Positions 14,611 through 16,066 of a stretch of DNA of 16,066 nucleotides are shown piece by piece. Source of the DNA: Candidatus Thorarchaeota archaeon (GTDB taxonomy: Archaea > Asgardarchaeota > Thorarchaeia > Thorarchaeales > Thorarchaeaceae); the NCBI GenBank assembly GCA_020348985.1, contig CP070761.1, positions 191,830 through 207,895 on the forward strand, given 5' to 3'. Each line of letters opens with the position of its first letter. Position 1 is the first letter of the stretch. The notes beneath the pieces are model-generated. The model was not told the DNA's origin, ran no database searches, and was given only the letters and a program-made list of their open reading frames with translations. Both the position numbers and the translations under genes were made by a program.

Positions 14611-15687
14611 ATGATTCCCGTGGAAAAGATCAAGGTTGCTCTAATCGGTGTGGGCAATTGTGCAAGTGCTCTTGTTCAAGGTGTAGAGCACTATAAGGAT
14701 GCGAGAGCCAATGGAGACATCATAGGATTGAGTCATCCTGATTTCGCAGGCTATCATGTCGCAGACATAGAGTTCGTTGCAGCATTCGACGTCACTGACA
14801 CAAAGGTCGGTCTTGATCTGGCTGAAGCCATCTTTGCTGTTCCCAACAATGTTATGAGATTCGCTAAGGTTGATCGAACGAATGTCACTGTCATGAAAGG
14901 TCCCCTACGTGACGGCGTCGATGACAATCTTAGAGCACTCGTCGGAATCTCCGATGCCAAAGATGCAGATGTCGTTCGAGTTCTCCGAGAATCTGGAGCT
15001 GAGATCGTCATCAATCTGCTACCAGGATCATCTCAGGAAGCCACAGAGTTCTATGCAGGTGCATCACTTGAGGCCGGCTGTGCATTCATAAACGGGACTC
15101 CGATTTCAATTGCGTCCGATGAAAAGTGGAGTAAACGATTCGAGGAGAAGGGCTTGCCACTGGTTGGTGATGATATTCAGGACCAACTCGGTTCAACGGT
15201 CTTGCATAGAGACATCTTGCAGCTTCTTGTAGCCCGCGGAGTAAAAGTGGACAAGAGCTATCAGCTTGACGTCGGTGGCGGAGCAGAATCTTTGGATTCA
15301 CACTATCGTGGACGGATGAGGAAACGTGGAGTCAAGAGCTCAGCAGTTGCACAAGATCTTCCCTATGACGCACCTCTTGTTGCGGGCTCCTCAGACTACG
15401 TTCCATTCCTTGACAACGGCCGAGAGTCCTATTTCTACGTGCATGGTCGTCAGTTCGGCGGAGCGCCCGTAGTCATTGATATCAGAATGGAGGTCACAGA
15501 CGGACCAAACGCTGGACCGATTCTACTTGACGCGATTCGCGGCACAAAGCTTGCTCTGAAGAGAGAGATTGGAGGTGCCCTAGAATCGATCTCGGCCTAT
15601 GGTTTCAAGAAGCCGCCTATACCTACAACGATGCATAAAGCTGAAAGAATGGTTGAAGAATTCCTTCTGAGCAAGAGAAGAAGATGA
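14611..15687 (+). CDS. ino1: myo-inositol-1-phosphate synthase family protein (archaeal/actinobacterial type, divergent)
   Basis: IKVALIGVGNCASALVQG, FVAAFDV..KVG.DL.EAIF, INLLP.SSQEA.EFYA, LPLVGDD, SDYVPFL, D.PNA...DAIR..KLA, KKPP. Confidence 0.85.
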   Translation: MIPVEKIKVALIGVGNCASALVQGVEHYKDARANGDIIGLSHPDFAGYHVADIEFVAAFDVTDTKVGLDLAEAIFAVPNNVMRFAKVDRTNVTVMKGPLRDGVDDNLRALVGISDAKDADVVRVLRESGAEIVINLLPGSSQEATEFYAGASLEAGCAFINGTPISIASDEKWSKRFEEKGLPLVGDDIQDQLGSTVLHRDILQLLVARGVKVDKSYQLDVGGGAESLDSHYRGRMRKRGVKSSAVAQDLPYDAPLVAGSSDYVPFLDNGRESYFYVHGRQFGGAPVVIDIRMEVTDGPNAGPILLDAIRGTKLALKREIGGALESISAYGFKKPPIPTTMHKAERMVEEFLLSKRRR

Positions 15688-15688
15688 C

Positions 15689-16066
15689 TTAGCAATATAC
15701 TGCGACATACTCATCGATGAGCTTTTTCAGCTTGTCAAGGTCTTTTAGAACTTGGAACTCCATTTCTTCTGCAGCTTCGAGTAGTGGCTCGCTATAACTC
15801 GTCACACTCGCAAATTCTCTCTCGAATTCCTCCCGGGCCGCCTTGGTTCTTGCCTTTGGATCAAAAACGACTACTAGACTTTGAGGCTCGAAGTTGATGA
15901 CGATACTTCTGTCTAGGAACATAACTTTCTTACACTTGGGACACTGCACTCGGTTCGCCTTACCAGTCTTGAGCTTCTTCAGTAGTTCTCGATCTTCCGA
16001 TAGATCAACGTGGTCGATTACTTCAGCTTCATACGGTTTCTTGCATTTGACGCATGATACTTCGAT
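15689..16066 (-). CDS. CpXC-domain (double CxxC zinc-ribbon) protein, 5' end outside the window
   Basis: The frame is open from the window edge: IEVSCVKCKKPYEAEVIDHVDLSEDRELLKKLKTGKANRVQCPKCKKVMFL..., which has CpXC spacing. The ORF-track start 15949 is internal. Confidence 0.75.
   Translation of the reverse strand: MEVSCVKCKKPYEAEVIDHVDLSEDRELLKKLKTGKANRVQCPKCKKVMFLDRSIVINFEPQSLVVVFDPKARTKAAREEFEREFASVTSYSEPLLEAAEEMEFQVLKDLDKLKKLIDEYVAVYC

Noticed and set aside
1-16066. CRISPR arrays, tRNA/rRNA genes, transposases, integrases, known defence systems
   Set aside because: No regularly spaced repeats, cloverleaf or rRNA signatures, or mobile-element motifs were seen by eye.

Overview
Compact, gene-dense archaeal window of about 17 CDS. 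The gene set (solo roadblock/LC7 protein, Site-1-protease-like subtilase, single-OB SSB, archaeal-type INO1, CpXC protein, frequent TTG/GTG starts, TATA-type promoters) suggests an Asgard archaeon, possibly Thorarchaeia; this is inference. Gene order: partial ORF(-), roadblock(+), S8 protease(-), CPBP intramembrane protease(+), dodecin(-), ABC-2 permease(-), AlkA-type glycosylase(-), small membrane protein(+), C25/gingipain-like peptidase(-), DegT aminotransferase(-), DUF2085(-), membrane-anchored SAM methyltransferase(+), SCP2(+), FAD oxidoreductase(+), CCG Fe-S protein(+), SSB(-), a 600-bp non-coding gap, divergent INO1-like gene(+), partial CpXC gene(-). I saw no rRNA, tRNA, CRISPR array or mobile element. 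Best leads: (1) a prodomain-less, MBTPS1/S1P-like subtilase head-to-head with an intramembrane protease; (2) a methyltransferase-SCP2-FAD oxidoreductase-Fe-S cluster that may act on lipids; (3) a candidate ~320-nt structured RNA between ssb and ino1; (4) a cytosolic clan-CD protease; (5) an SSB with an RGG/YGG tail; (6) an INO1 paralog with an altered active site. All family calls come from motif recognition by eye; no searches were run.
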